DNA of 60,648 nucleotides from a virus (taxonomy: Duplodnaviria > Caudoviricetes). The position numbers and the translations under genes were made by a program. How positions within the stretch are numbered: position 1 is the first letter of the stretch; every line of letters starts with the position of its first letter. The notes under the pieces are model-generated. The model did not search any database. It was not told where the DNA came from and saw only the letters and a program-made list of their open reading frames with translations. The stretch spans positions 1 to 60,648 of IMG/VR virus record IMGVR_UViG_3300022602_000101; one strand, 5' to 3'. Shown here one piece after another: positions 1 through 10,265 of the stretch.

Positions 1-593
1 CCTATACTCCCACCAATGACCCATGTTTCATGTCACATATTAGGCATGACGTAGTCATGTTATAACGCATAGCGTTACGGCATGACACATGCCACATGAT
101 ACACATGACTCATTGACTCAATGACTCATCCCCCCACCACAATATGATGCTTGACACATGTACAGCATCCTGTACAGGTATCTGTGTTCATTAATCATAT
201 TGTACATGGTACCAAGGAATAGTGTGCAGGGAGAACCTGCAACAGAACTAAACCCAACAACTAACATAGCTTGATAAACACCTTGGTAACATGCCTTATT
301 TGGGGCACAGGGATGGCCCTAGAATCAATTATCTGGCACATGGGTATACCATGGTAGCCCCCACCCCCTGCCACACCGCCCCATGCCTGTACTTCGTGTA
401 TCCCATATGATACATATTGTGTACCATTATCGTGTGTATCGTAAAATAGTACATGTGTTTATTTTATTTGTTGTTAATTACGTGTCAGGGTAACAATGGC
501 AAATATAATAAGCAATGTATGCACTGCTAACCATGGTTATGGCGCAGTGTATTGCGTGCTATTGTGGCAAATGTATCACGTGATGATGGAAAA

Positions 594-1040
594 TCACACA
601 GGGGTTGTTACTTTGCGCCAAGCACGCATTTTTTGTATACCATAGACACATGCATCAACCTCGGTAAGTTTGGCACGTGTACCCATGGTGTGCTTCCTGA
701 TACGCTTAATGATACGTGGTAATTTCCAGTCGTTGTTATGCTGCCACATGTGGCGCATTTCATGGGCGACAACGTAAATCAGTTCCTCAAGCCATGTGTA
801 GTGGGTTGATTCAAGGTAGCCCCTGCGTTGTAGACGCACATGAGGCTTGGTGTACGTGAAGGGCTTGGGCACATGGATCACAATGCGTTTATTGTGGTAA
901 TAAGCACCATGATGGTAGCGTTTGGTGGTTTTGAATTTAAACTGCTTGATGTCTTTCAGGTAGACACCTGATGGTTGGCAGTAACGTATGATCTGATGCA
1001 GCAAAGCATCGTTGATAGATGTTGTATTGACTAGTTTCAT
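594..1040 (-). CDS. SprT-like zinc metallopeptidase-domain protein
   Basis: HExxH motif (VAHEMRHMWQ) and a downstream E (TEVDA); own sigma70-like promoter at 1052-1079. Confidence 0.6.
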   Translation of the reverse strand: MKLVNTTSINDALLHQIIRYCQPSGVYLKDIKQFKFKTTKRYHHGAYYHNKRIVIHVPKPFTYTKPHVRLQRRGYLESTHYTWLEELIYVVAHEMRHMWQHNNDWKLPRIIKRIRKHTMGTRAKLTEVDACVYGIQKMRAWRKVTTPV

Positions 1041-1051
1041 AAGAGATAGCC

Positions 1052-1079
1052 ATACTAGACTAAATTATAAGTATGTCAA
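1052..1079 (-). promoter_or_regulatory. sigma70-like promoter with TTATAATTTAG box in the spacer
   Basis: Minus strand reads TTGACA-N16-TAGTAT just upstream of the ATG at 1040. Confidence 0.6.
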
Positions 1080-1161
1080 TAACTATTATTAGGCATGACT
1101 AATAAAAAACCATGTTGCCATGTGGCAAATGTCTTGGGTATTATTGGCACACGTATCACAT

Positions 1162-1404
1162 ATGAAACATCACGCTCACATGCATCACGCACACCCAGGG
1201 TTCCACGCAGCAGCTGAAGGCATTGCCCACCGTCAAGGCATTCCAATGGCACGTGCATCCGCAATCCTTGCTAGCGCTACCCGTCACGCATCACCTGCAG
1301 CCAAGAAGGCTAACACAGCACTGAAAAATGTGCGCATGGGTAAGATGGACCACACGCACACAGCATCACACAAGCATGCTGATGGTTACGGTTATCATTA
1401 TTGA
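1162..1404 (+). CDS. small His/Lys-rich phage protein
   Basis: MKHHAHMHHAHPGFHAAAEGIA...AILASATRHASPAAKKAN resembles small basic proteins of uncultured aquatic phages; start moved to ATG 1162, downstream of TTGCCA-N18-TATTAT. Confidence 0.6.
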   Translation: MKHHAHMHHAHPGFHAAAEGIAHRQGIPMARASAILASATRHASPAAKKANTALKNVRMGKMDHTHTASHKHADGYGYHY

Positions 1405-1754
1405 TAACTAAGAGTACGCAGATACTTTTTATATCTGCTAACACGAGACGCCACGGTGCTTTTAGTAAAGCCCGTGATGCGTGCTATTTCGTCACGTGAG
1501 AGATTCTTCTCCCACAAATCGTGACATAGTTTGAACTCGGCACGTGGCACCCTGACCTTTTGACCAGGCCTCACTTGTGTTACCTTTATTAAGCCTTGTT
1601 CCTTGGCTTTGTTAACTGCGTCCCTAAATTCAGCGTAGTTAATCTTTTTCTTTGTAGCCTCTTCTTCCTTGATGATTTTGCTTGCATGTCGTTCGAGCAA
1701 ATTGAGTGCATTATTGATTGATTCAATATAATGAGCATTGTACATAACGCTCAT
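1398..1754 (-). CDS. helix-turn-helix DNA-binding protein
   Basis: C-terminal LSRDEIARITGFTKSTVASRV HTH pattern. Confidence 0.6.
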   Translation of the reverse strand: MSVMYNAHYIESINNALNLLERHASKIIKEEEATKKKINYAEFRDAVNKAKEQGLIKVTQVRPGQKVRVPRAEFKLCHDLWEKNLSRDEIARITGFTKSTVASRVSRYKKYLRTLSYQ

Positions 1755-1817
1755 ACCCTATTTCTTGGTTGGTATCATTTGCAAAACATTAATTGCATCG
1801 ATAACTAAATAATATGC

Positions 1818-1845
1818 TTGACAAGGTTTTTTAATTTTTTAAAAT
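1818..1845 (+). promoter_or_regulatory. sigma70-like promoter, probably leaderless
   Basis: TTGACA-N16-TAAAAT-N6-ATG(1852). Confidence 0.65.
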
Positions 1846-1851
1846 CGGCAC

Positions 1852-2646
1852 ATGGGTCACATGAAACATGATGCTATAACAATAAATGAAATTGTATCAC
1901 GATTGGGACAAAAGCTGTCATTGGTACAGATAGCAAATGAAGTAAATGTTCCATACAACACTGTGAGACATGTAGCCAAGAAACATGGTTTCAAGCAACG
2001 TGATGTCAGTGTTATCAATAGACCATTTGGTAACTGCTCCATGGATGCATATGATGTGTATGATGATTATGTGAATCATTCAATGAGCATCAATGAAATT
2101 GTAACAAAATCACAATCATCCAAAAAAACCATAAGCAGGATACTTAAAGAATTTGGTATTGATCCAAAAACAAATCGTGTCGGCAGAAAGTACAAAGCAG
2201 TTCGCAGCTATGTTGAAAGACGTGTACAATTAAAAAAGCCATCAGTAATTAAAAACAAGAAACTCAAGAAATGGCGTGAGACACATGGTAGGTTACTAAT
2301 ACCAGTGTATGAAGACATACAAAAAGGCTTAACAATTATCGATGCATGTAAAAAGCATAATGTTACCAAGGTGTATGCACGTTACCACTTCCAACGTTTG
2401 CAAGATAAGTATGCTGAGTACTTGGATTTTGGTCAACCAATGACGCTCAAGTTAACAGTATCACGTGAAAGATTAAAACAATTTGAATGGGTAGCAAAAC
2501 AATCACATAATAATGTGCTTGACTGGGCTTTACAAACTTTAAAAGCTGTCTGTGACAGCAAAGATTACTACAATGGACGAAATAAAGACAACAGAACCGA
2601 TACAGACTCCAACGGAGATGGTCAAGAATCAGAAGCGACCAGCTGA
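1852..2646 (+). CDS. multi-HTH DNA-binding protein
   Basis: Three HTH-like segments (LSLVQIANEVNVPYNTVRH; MSINEIVTKSQSSKKTISRIL; LTIIDACKKHNVTKVYARY). Confidence 0.6.
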   Translation: MGHMKHDAITINEIVSRLGQKLSLVQIANEVNVPYNTVRHVAKKHGFKQRDVSVINRPFGNCSMDAYDVYDDYVNHSMSINEIVTKSQSSKKTISRILKEFGIDPKTNRVGRKYKAVRSYVERRVQLKKPSVIKNKKLKKWRETHGRLLIPVYEDIQKGLTIIDACKKHNVTKVYARYHFQRLQDKYAEYLDFGQPMTLKLTVSRERLKQFEWVAKQSHNNVLDWALQTLKAVCDSKDYYNGRNKDNRTDTDSNGDGQESEATS

Positions 2647-3280
2647 GTCACGTCAGGATCTGTACAGCCGTGCATTTGGTATCTTTATGAATGACCCAAG
2701 GAAACCAAGCCTTGTAGATGTTGCACGTGAATTACACATACAACCAACACATTTGGTAAAACATGCACAAGAAAATAGTTGGGAACAGTTACGTCTCAAT
2801 AGTAGCAACTTGTTAACTACTGCACAAAATGAACGCAGGCTTAACAAAGTTAAAATACTTGATGAACGTATCATTAATACTGTTGATACAGTTACACAGC
2901 ATCTAAGTAATCAATACATAAGCCTCGCACAAAAGATTAGTTTGCTACCAGAAGACCCTGATGATGTGCCAGATGATGAATTAGACAAAGATGATCATGG
3001 AAATGTCAAAAATAAACCAAAGCGTGACAAACTTTTGGAGAAAAAACTGTTTTTAATGAATGAAGTCAGCAAAGGTTTCATGCAAATGGCCAAAGATGTT
3101 AACAGTATTGGCTTATTGACACCTGCTAAGATGCTAAATGCTGAATCAACAGCAGAGAATTTGAGTCAATTGACCAAATTAAACATAATGATCAGCACAA
3201 TACAAAACAAGAAGACAGAAAAAGACGTCACTAACGTAATAGAAATTAATACTGATAAGAAAGGTACAGATGGAGAATGA
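2573..3280 (+). CDS. putative terminase small subunit
   Basis: N-terminal HTH (PSLVDVARELHI...ENSW) plus helical body, just upstream of the large terminase; call is mainly positional. Confidence 0.45.
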   Translation: MDEIKTTEPIQTPTEMVKNQKRPAESRQDLYSRAFGIFMNDPRKPSLVDVARELHIQPTHLVKHAQENSWEQLRLNSSNLLTTAQNERRLNKVKILDERIINTVDTVTQHLSNQYISLAQKISLLPEDPDDVPDDELDKDDHGNVKNKPKRDKLLEKKLFLMNEVSKGFMQMAKDVNSIGLLTPAKMLNAESTAENLSQLTKLNIMISTIQNKKTEKDVTNVIEINTDKKGTDGE

Positions 3281-3509
3281 AAAACATGTGGAAAAGCCTA
3301 AAAAATTATCTAGGCAGCGTATTTGGCAAAACAAACGCCTTGCTGAGGGCAAATGCGTTAGGTGTGGAGCTGCTAGAAACCTATATGCGCAAAGGTGCGA
3401 TGCTTGTCAGGCGATTGAAACGCAAAGGGCGAGGGAAAAAATTGGCTTTAAGGAATGGAAAGCAGGCAGCAGAGGACGCAAGCCCAACATTCATAAGGTT
3501 ACAGAATGA
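3270..3509 (+). CDS. small zinc-finger protein
   Basis: CVRC...CDAC, basic; stop overlaps the terminase start (ATGA). Confidence 0.6.
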   Translation: MENEKHVEKPKKLSRQRIWQNKRLAEGKCVRCGAARNLYAQRCDACQAIETQRAREKIGFKEWKAGSRGRKPNIHKVTE

Positions 3510-5494
3510 CAAAGGAAGAAAAACTACACTTAAGTTCAATAAACGAGATCTTGGAGCGTGCGAAAGACCCACACAACTCAAACCGTTTCAAGGATTTGAC
3601 AGACGCAGTGGCTCTAATACTAGAGGACCAAAGCTTCGTTGAGTTATTGCAGAAAAGTGAAAAACAAATACAGATCACTACAGAAAAAGATCTGTACAGT
3701 GTAGCATTTGCGTACCTACAAATGTTTTTAATGAGACGTGATTATGAATCAGCTGCTACATTGCTATGGGGACCTGAAACATTTACGTCAGAACCACGAT
3801 CAGTACAAATGGTGTGGCATGGTATCAAGAATCACCATCTTGTTAACATACTTGGAGCAGCATCCATGGGTAAAACTTACTCTGCTTCTGCTTGGATGTT
3901 GTTAGATTGGATACTGGATCCTGATTGGACACTGGTGCGTGTGATGTCGACCAAGGAGGAGCACGTTAAGAAAAACTTGTTTGGTGATATGCAGCGTATG
4001 TATCAGAATGCCGTGATACCGTTGCCAGGAAAAGCCGACAGTGAGTCCATTGCCACAGAAAACGGTAAACGTGGTGGTATGGGTATCTTCATTCTTACCA
4101 TCGCCCGTGGTGATCAAGCACGTGGTGCCATCAAGGGTGCCAAGATTAAACCACGTCCTAAGCATCCACTCTTTGGTTCATCATCACGTTCACGTTTGCT
4201 TATCGATGAAGCACAAGAAGTCCCCACCAATGCATTTGAGGAAATACCCAATTTGTATTCCTCAATGGAAGAAGGTGACATTGAGCATACCAAGATTGTA
4301 ATGGCAGCTAATCCCAAAGATGTGTTTAGTGAATACGGTAAGAACTGTGTTCCTGAACAAGGTTGGGATGACATACAAACCATGATGTCCGACCAAGATA
4401 CATGGGAAGGCAATACTGGTTGGCATTGTGTTCGTTTGAATGCAATGAAGTCAGAAAACGTGATCCACAAAGCTGATATTCACAAACGTTTCTTTACCCA
4501 CAATGGGTACAAAATGAAACTCAAGCAATACAGTGGTGATCCTGATCATCCAATGATGTGGTCAGAAGTGTATGGCATGTTTCCACCAAGAGGCAACAAA
4601 ACCGCCATCATACAAAAGCATTGGGTTGATCGTGCATATGGTGAATGGATCTTTGATGGTGGTAGTGTTACCATTGCTTCTGTAGATCCTGCATTCACTG
4701 GTGACTTACCAACTATGGCAACAGGTCGTGTAGGTCATGCTGTAGCATATCGCACATATAATGATGAAGTAATCAAATTAGACACACCAGCAATGCGTGT
4801 GCAAATTGATGCAGTGGGTGTATTGCCTCGTGGTGATACACAGGAACTAGCTGATTCAATTATGGATCGATTAAAAGACCTTGGTGTTATGCCAAGCAAC
4901 TTTGCAATTGATCGCACTGGTATTGGTCAAGGTGTGCATGATGCTATACGTAGACAATGGTTAACAAAGATACAAAATGTAGTTAATCCACGTGGTACAG
5001 CTGATCCAGTTTCAATTATGGGTATCAACTATGCTGAAAAAGCTACTGATGTACTCATATGCGAAGAAGACACAAAAGCTCCTTTTCAACTATATGATGG
5101 CATCAGGTCAGAAATATGGTATGCTACAGGCAGATTCTTTGAGTATGAATACCTTAAAGTCGGCAAAGGAGTTGATCAGGATACTTTACAAGAACTGGTT
5201 GATAGACGTGGTGGTTCTCCTGCTGGCAAAGGCAAGTTACTTCAAGTGGAAAGTAAGGATGTGTATAAGGCACGAGGAAACAAGTCGCCAGATAGAGCTG
5301 ACGCATTTACCATGCTTGTACAATGCGCACGTATCTCAATGGCCATCAAGCCACAATCACCAGACACACAACCATTAGAAGAAGAGGGATCAATAACTGA
5401 TTATGCGGATAGCTTTAGCGTAAAGTTTGGCACACCAATCAATTTGGGATTTAACAATGAGTTGCCTCAAGGTCTCAATATCAATAAAGATTAA
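3506..5494 (+). CDS. terL: terminase large subunit
   Basis: Walker A GAASMGKTY, Walker B LLIDEAQE, coupling motif AANP, RNase H-like nuclease (VDPA, IDRTGIG, KSPDRADA). Confidence 0.92.
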   Translation: MTKEEKLHLSSINEILERAKDPHNSNRFKDLTDAVALILEDQSFVELLQKSEKQIQITTEKDLYSVAFAYLQMFLMRRDYESAATLLWGPETFTSEPRSVQMVWHGIKNHHLVNILGAASMGKTYSASAWMLLDWILDPDWTLVRVMSTKEEHVKKNLFGDMQRMYQNAVIPLPGKADSESIATENGKRGGMGIFILTIARGDQARGAIKGAKIKPRPKHPLFGSSSRSRLLIDEAQEVPTNAFEEIPNLYSSMEEGDIEHTKIVMAANPKDVFSEYGKNCVPEQGWDDIQTMMSDQDTWEGNTGWHCVRLNAMKSENVIHKADIHKRFFTHNGYKMKLKQYSGDPDHPMMWSEVYGMFPPRGNKTAIIQKHWVDRAYGEWIFDGGSVTIASVDPAFTGDLPTMATGRVGHAVAYRTYNDEVIKLDTPAMRVQIDAVGVLPRGDTQELADSIMDRLKDLGVMPSNFAIDRTGIGQGVHDAIRRQWLTKIQNVVNPRGTADPVSIMGINYAEKATDVLICEEDTKAPFQLYDGIRSEIWYATGRFFEYEYLKVGKGVDQDTLQELVDRRGGSPAGKGKLLQVESKDVYKARGNKSPDRADAFTMLVQCARISMAIKPQSPDTQPLEEEGSITDYADSFSVKFGTPINLGFNNELPQGLNINKD

Positions 5495-5496
5495 TC

Positions 5497-6090
5497 ATGA
5501 AAGCTAATGCAGGAGTAATTCCACCAAATGGGTATCATTATGTTGTTAATGATCTAGTTACATTACGTGCTGGTACCTTTGAATTACTTGTAAAAGCTAT
5601 TGGTGATTGGCGCACACAAAATGGCATACCAGTGGGTGATCCTGAGCGTGATCTTGATAACTTTATATGTTCAAAATGGCCAACCTATTGCCAAACTGAA
5701 CCACGTGAACAAGCAGCCATGACAAAAAACCAAAACATGTATAAGCATGTTAATGCATGGGGTGCAATAATGCTACGTAACATGCCAGCTGGTGGTTATG
5801 AGCTTGTTGATCAAAAAACAGCTGAAGATAGGGTTAAGACATGTATAACATGCCCATTTAACAAAGCATGGCGCAAAGATTGCGTACCATGTATGAAATC
5901 AACCGATGCCGTATTGGTCAGGATAAGGCAGTTGCGTAAAATTACGCTTGACGATGATGTTATGGGTTGTGTTATAAATGGGTTTGACATTAAGACAGCG
6001 GTTCATTTGCCAGATTCAGCTTTTCAAATGACTGCTGAAACAAAAGCAATGTTACCCCAGAACTGTTGGCTTAATAATTTAACCACATAA
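5497..6090 (+). CDS. Cys-rich hypothetical protein of the head module
   Basis: 197-aa ORF with CITCPFN, CVPC and PQNCW; follows the terminase. Confidence 0.7.
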   Translation: MKANAGVIPPNGYHYVVNDLVTLRAGTFELLVKAIGDWRTQNGIPVGDPERDLDNFICSKWPTYCQTEPREQAAMTKNQNMYKHVNAWGAIMLRNMPAGGYELVDQKTAEDRVKTCITCPFNKAWRKDCVPCMKSTDAVLVRIRQLRKITLDDDVMGCVINGFDIKTAVHLPDSAFQMTAETKAMLPQNCWLNNLTT

Positions 6091-6094
6091 TACC

Positions 6095-6337
6095 ATGTCA
6101 CCATTCCGCTCCAAAGCTCAAGCTCGTTATTTATTTTCACAGGAACCAAATGTTGCAAAAGAATTTGCAAGCAAGACACCAAGTGTCAAAAAACTTCCTG
6201 AACGTGTTGGTCCAAAAGATCCATCCAAAAACAAACCAGTAACAGCAGCTTTTAAAAAAGGCAAAAAAAGTAACATTGCTTCTACTACACCAACATCACA
6301 GGCATTATCAAGCTACGATGCAAATCCCCAATCCTAA
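6095..6337 (+). CDS. small basic protein (MPFKSKAQ-type)
   Basis: MSPFRSKAQARYLFSQEPNVAKEF matches a widespread small phage protein N-terminus. Confidence 0.65.
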   Translation: MSPFRSKAQARYLFSQEPNVAKEFASKTPSVKKLPERVGPKDPSKNKPVTAAFKKGKKSNIASTTPTSQALSSYDANPQS

Positions 6338-6593
6338 ACCATTAGGTATGACCAAGGACTCTTGGTCACGTGAAGGGCAAAAATGCAAAAACAGTGAACG
6401 GTTTCTTGAAAACTATGATGCCGTATTTGCTAATCGCAAACGTGAGCATGGTCACGTAAAGTATGTCTATAAAGATGGTAAACGTTATGTGCTACCAAAT
6501 CCATCAACACATGGAAAAGAGGCACAAAAAGCATGGGATAAGTTTAACAAAGAAACTGGTGGTTTGAATTATAAAATTGAATCAATTGTATGA
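6318..6593 (+). CDS. hypothetical protein (F-x-E/D-NYDA-V/I-F motif)
   Basis: Shares FLENYDAVF/FRDNYDAIF with the ORF at 55514; start may be 6318 or 6348. Confidence 0.55.
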   Translation: MQIPNPKPLGMTKDSWSREGQKCKNSERFLENYDAVFANRKREHGHVKYVYKDGKRYVLPNPSTHGKEAQKAWDKFNKETGGLNYKIESIV

Positions 6594-6901
6594 GTACAAA
6601 AGAAAAAGCAAAGCCAGCACAGATACTATGTGCACCAGTATTAACATTTACACAGTCTGATGCTAACATAGTTGCTAACAAATGCCCATGCACACTAGTA
6701 GACGGCAAAAACAATGTATTGTTTGTAATGCCAATATTGGAAAAAGAAGGTATTGAGAAACGTGAAGGTAAACTAATTGTTGTTCATCACACAAAAGACA
6801 ATGTAACTGGTGAGGAAAAGGTTGAAAGTGAATGGTCAGTACCAGTTCCAATAACACAAACCATTAACAAAAATATCTTTCAAGTAGATATCAAATTATG
6901 A
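6590..6901 (+). CDS. hypothetical protein
   Basis: ATGA-coupled ORF in the operon. Confidence 0.6.
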   Translation: MSTKEKAKPAQILCAPVLTFTQSDANIVANKCPCTLVDGKNNVLFVMPILEKEGIEKREGKLIVVHHTKDNVTGEEKVESEWSVPVPITQTINKNIFQVDIKL

Positions 6902-7227
6902 TTCCAAAACGAGCAGGTTCACCGCCATCACCATTAAATGATGTGCCCACGTTGCCACCAATACCTGAACCACCAACAGATACAAATAATGTAAGTTATG
7001 CCATGCAACCTGCCAATGAGTCAGTTGCACCTGCCCTATTAACAAATGGTCCAGCAATCATACTAAACTCATTAAGCAAATTTCTTAAGGTTACTAAAAA
7101 TCATCAAGTACCCAAAGATACTTTTGATTCACTTGTTAACAAAGGGCTTATTGTTACTTATGGTGATTATGCAGTAGTTAGTGGCAAAGGTTTGATATAT
7201 CTTGTTGATTTTAACATGGTTGCATGA
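6898..7227 (+). CDS. hypothetical protein, Pro-rich N-terminus and winged-helix-like C-terminus
   Basis: ATGA-coupled; FDSLVNKGLIVTYGDYAVVSGKGLIYL. Confidence 0.55.
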   Translation: MIPKRAGSPPSPLNDVPTLPPIPEPPTDTNNVSYAMQPANESVAPALLTNGPAIILNSLSKFLKVTKNHQVPKDTFDSLVNKGLIVTYGDYAVVSGKGLIYLVDFNMVA

Positions 7228-7463
7228 TTATCAAATGGAATACACCTGTGCTATTTGCTAAAGCATTATGGCGTTCATTAAAAGCATTCTTCAAAAAGGA
7301 AGATGTATTTGTTAGCTCACAAGAAGCCGACAGAAGACTGAGTCGTTGTTATACATGTGATTATCATAATGATGGGCAATGCAATCAGTGCACCTGCTAC
7401 ATTCACATAAAAGCACTTTTAAGGACAGAAAACTGTCCAATAGGACGTTGGCCTAAAGTCTAA
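7224..7463 (+). CDS. small Cys-rich protein (DUF6171-like)
   Basis: RRLSRCYTC...CNQCTCYIHIKA...CPIGRW. Confidence 0.65.
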   Translation: MIIKWNTPVLFAKALWRSLKAFFKKEDVFVSSQEADRRLSRCYTCDYHNDGQCNQCTCYIHIKALLRTENCPIGRWPKV

Positions 7464-7484
7464 CTCTTTGATATATTACATTAT

Positions 7485-9926
7485 ATGGCTTCTACAGCAC
7501 CTCAAGATACCACCCTACCTCCAAACAAGTATCCCAATGTTTCGGGTGTTGTTACTATTGAGGCACCACCAGTAACAGGGCAAAGACCCAATTTAAAGCT
7601 CGATACTGACGCAAGGAGTATCAGGACCACAGATCAGGCATGGAACCTCTGTAAATCAACAGAATCGGCCAATAAAACAAGGTCCCAACGTGCCACAATG
7701 ATGGAGTTAGAGTACTCAGGTCAGGCACCATTCTCACAAGCTGAACAGATAGAAAAAGCTAATAGCTGGCAGTCCAATACAAATACAGGTATTCTTGCTG
7801 GTATTGTTGATCGCAAGACACTGCGTTTTGTTAATGCCATTACATCTCAGATTTATCTAACTCGTTCATCACTTCCAACAACATGGCCTGACTGGAAGAA
7901 GAAAAGTGATCTTTTCGACATACATACAACCCGTATGATACAGGGTTGGAAGAAGTACTCAACATTTGTGCCAGCATTAGCACGTGAAACAGTACTGCAT
8001 GGTTATGCCTTTTCTGACTTTTTAGACCCTTATACATGGACCCCTCGTATGTTTAAACAGGACGTGGCATACGTACCTGATGAGGCTACACAGTATGCTG
8101 ATGAGCTACAGTTCCATGTAATTAAACAGGATTTCTTGCTTCATGAGTTCATTGATATGATCAAGGATGAAAAAGAAGCTGAAGAAATGGGCTTCAACAT
8201 GCAAAATTGTATTGAAGCATGTAATATGTCTGAGGTTAAGAATCCTCGTGAAGACATGATGGTTACGGAGTTCCGTAAATTTGCTGAATTTATTAGTGAT
8301 GGTGTGCTTGGTTTAACGTATTCAGTATCTGGTCCACGTGTTATTAAGACATACTTATTGTGGAACAGGGAATACGATGGAAAAGTGTCATTTTGGATAC
8401 TGCTGAGAGATAATGGCAAGTTGCTACGATTCTCTGAGAAGATATATCCAAGCATGAATGATGTGGTGACGCTGTTCAGTTTCCAACCAGGGAACGGACA
8501 CCTGCACTCCAGTAAGGGCATTGGTCGTATGATCATTGGCTCTGTCCGAATTGCTGAACGCATTCGTAATAAGATGGTCGATAACATCCACATGTCATCT
8601 TTAGTTATTCTCAAGGCCGACTCAGCAGCTCGCAATAAACTGCAACCAGTCGTTCATGCTCCATTTGTTGTTATTGATAAGAGCATTGAAGTCGAACAAC
8701 AGAGATTCTCTGCAGATGGTGAAATGTATGCAGCACTTGATCAACGCTTGACCAATTACATGGAACAAGCAGCTGGTGCTTACATCACACCTAATACAGG
8801 TGAAGGTGGTCAGCCAATCACAGCAACAGAAGCCTCACAAGATGCACAACGTGAGCAAGAGAACATGGACATTACTGAAACACGCTGGAGAGATCAATTC
8901 TCCCAATTGGTTCAGACCATGCAAATGCGTGCATTCTCAGACGATAATATCGATGCTGCAAAGAGATACTTTAAAGAGCTAACAACACAGTTTGTAAATC
9001 AAGATAATCTTGAACCATCTGATGTAGAAAAGACGATTAACAAACTTATTGGTAATAATGATGAATCCAATATGCCAATTCGCACATTGGTTAATATGTT
9101 CATTGATGGTTTATCAGAAACAGAAATCAAATCACTACGTGCTGCACCAACATCAGGCTATGCTCATACAGATGACGCAATTGTAGCTCAAGGTGTGTTA
9201 GCAGTTGGCAAAATGTATCAAGGTAATCCTAACATTAACCAAACAGAGCTTATTAAGCGCAATGTTGAGGCTCTTGCTGGTCCAGACGTGGCTAAAGCCT
9301 TGGTTATTGATATGCCAGATCAAACAATTACTGCAGAAGCTACACGTATGCAGTTAAGTGAAATTACCACAATGAAAGCTTTACAGCTTCCTGTGCCAAT
9401 TTCACCAAGAGATAACCACTTAGCACACGCTACAGTCTGTATGCAGGCTCTAATGCAAGCAGGACAGGCATTAAGTAACATGGCTACAATGGAACAAGCA
9501 TTCAAACCTACTGAATTACTGGTAAATCACTTTGGTGATCACTTACAAGCATACTTAGCTCAAGGTAATCCAAGTCAGAACCCACAATTCAAGGAAATGA
9601 ATGAGTTTTACAAGAGATTCAAGGCTCAGTTTGCTCAAGCTGTACAGATTCATGCACAACAAGCAATGGCTGCACAGGCAGTACAAGCTGGTGCATCACC
9701 TGATGATGTACATGCAATACAATCTGCACCATTACCACCAGTACCACCTAATGTAACACAGGGTGTTAGTGCACCACCAAAAGGTATGCATGGTGGGGTA
9801 AAAGAGGGTGGCCCTGATGTTAAATCAATACAGTCTGGTTTAGCACAAGCTGCTGGACAAAATGCTCCAAATGAGATTGAACAGAGACAGAAGAGGGCTT
9901 ACTACAGGCCACCAGGGGTTGAATAA
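7485..9926 (+). CDS. portal protein
   Basis: 813 aa between terminase and scaffold; helical, TATEA motif, Gln/Pro-rich C-terminal tail typical of podovirus portals. Confidence 0.8.
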   Translation: MASTAPQDTTLPPNKYPNVSGVVTIEAPPVTGQRPNLKLDTDARSIRTTDQAWNLCKSTESANKTRSQRATMMELEYSGQAPFSQAEQIEKANSWQSNTNTGILAGIVDRKTLRFVNAITSQIYLTRSSLPTTWPDWKKKSDLFDIHTTRMIQGWKKYSTFVPALARETVLHGYAFSDFLDPYTWTPRMFKQDVAYVPDEATQYADELQFHVIKQDFLLHEFIDMIKDEKEAEEMGFNMQNCIEACNMSEVKNPREDMMVTEFRKFAEFISDGVLGLTYSVSGPRVIKTYLLWNREYDGKVSFWILLRDNGKLLRFSEKIYPSMNDVVTLFSFQPGNGHLHSSKGIGRMIIGSVRIAERIRNKMVDNIHMSSLVILKADSAARNKLQPVVHAPFVVIDKSIEVEQQRFSADGEMYAALDQRLTNYMEQAAGAYITPNTGEGGQPITATEASQDAQREQENMDITETRWRDQFSQLVQTMQMRAFSDDNIDAAKRYFKELTTQFVNQDNLEPSDVEKTINKLIGNNDESNMPIRTLVNMFIDGLSETEIKSLRAAPTSGYAHTDDAIVAQGVLAVGKMYQGNPNINQTELIKRNVEALAGPDVAKALVIDMPDQTITAEATRMQLSEITTMKALQLPVPISPRDNHLAHATVCMQALMQAGQALSNMATMEQAFKPTELLVNHFGDHLQAYLAQGNPSQNPQFKEMNEFYKRFKAQFAQAVQIHAQQAMAAQAVQAGASPDDVHAIQSAPLPPVPPNVTQGVSAPPKGMHGGVKEGGPDVKSIQSGLAQAAGQNAPNEIEQRQKRAYYRPPGVE

Positions 9927-9934
9927 TAACGACA

Positions 9935-10204
9935 ATGAGCAATAAATACGTTCTTAATGATGGCTTCAAACTAGAGGTCATCAAAATGCTAGATACTGTA
10001 CCATTTAAGGAACTACTAGCAGTGGTAAAAGCACGTACACCTGAGTATGCAGGCAGTACATCTGATATTCATGTAATAGCAGCACAAGCAAAGCTACGTG
10101 AGGGCTATGAATTGGCTATTGATAACCTGCTAAACATTGTACATGAAGAAGCTTTTGAGCCAAAGCTTGACCAAGAGCAGATACTATTGAGTCCAGAGGA
10201 CTGA
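9935..10204 (+). CDS. small head-module protein
   Basis: 89-aa helical ORF between portal and scaffold. Confidence 0.65.
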   Translation: MSNKYVLNDGFKLEVIKMLDTVPFKELLAVVKARTPEYAGSTSDIHVIAAQAKLREGYELAIDNLLNIVHEEAFEPKLDQEQILLSPED

Positions 10205-10265
10205 TATAATTAAAATTAGGCTTGACGTTATATTAAACAAATTAGATTGTTTGTCCATATAATTT

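Noticed and set aside
3277-3642. 121-aa ORF overlapping the terminase start
   Set aside because: The 3270-3509 zinc-finger frame couples cleanly (ATGA) to the terminase and has a recognisable motif
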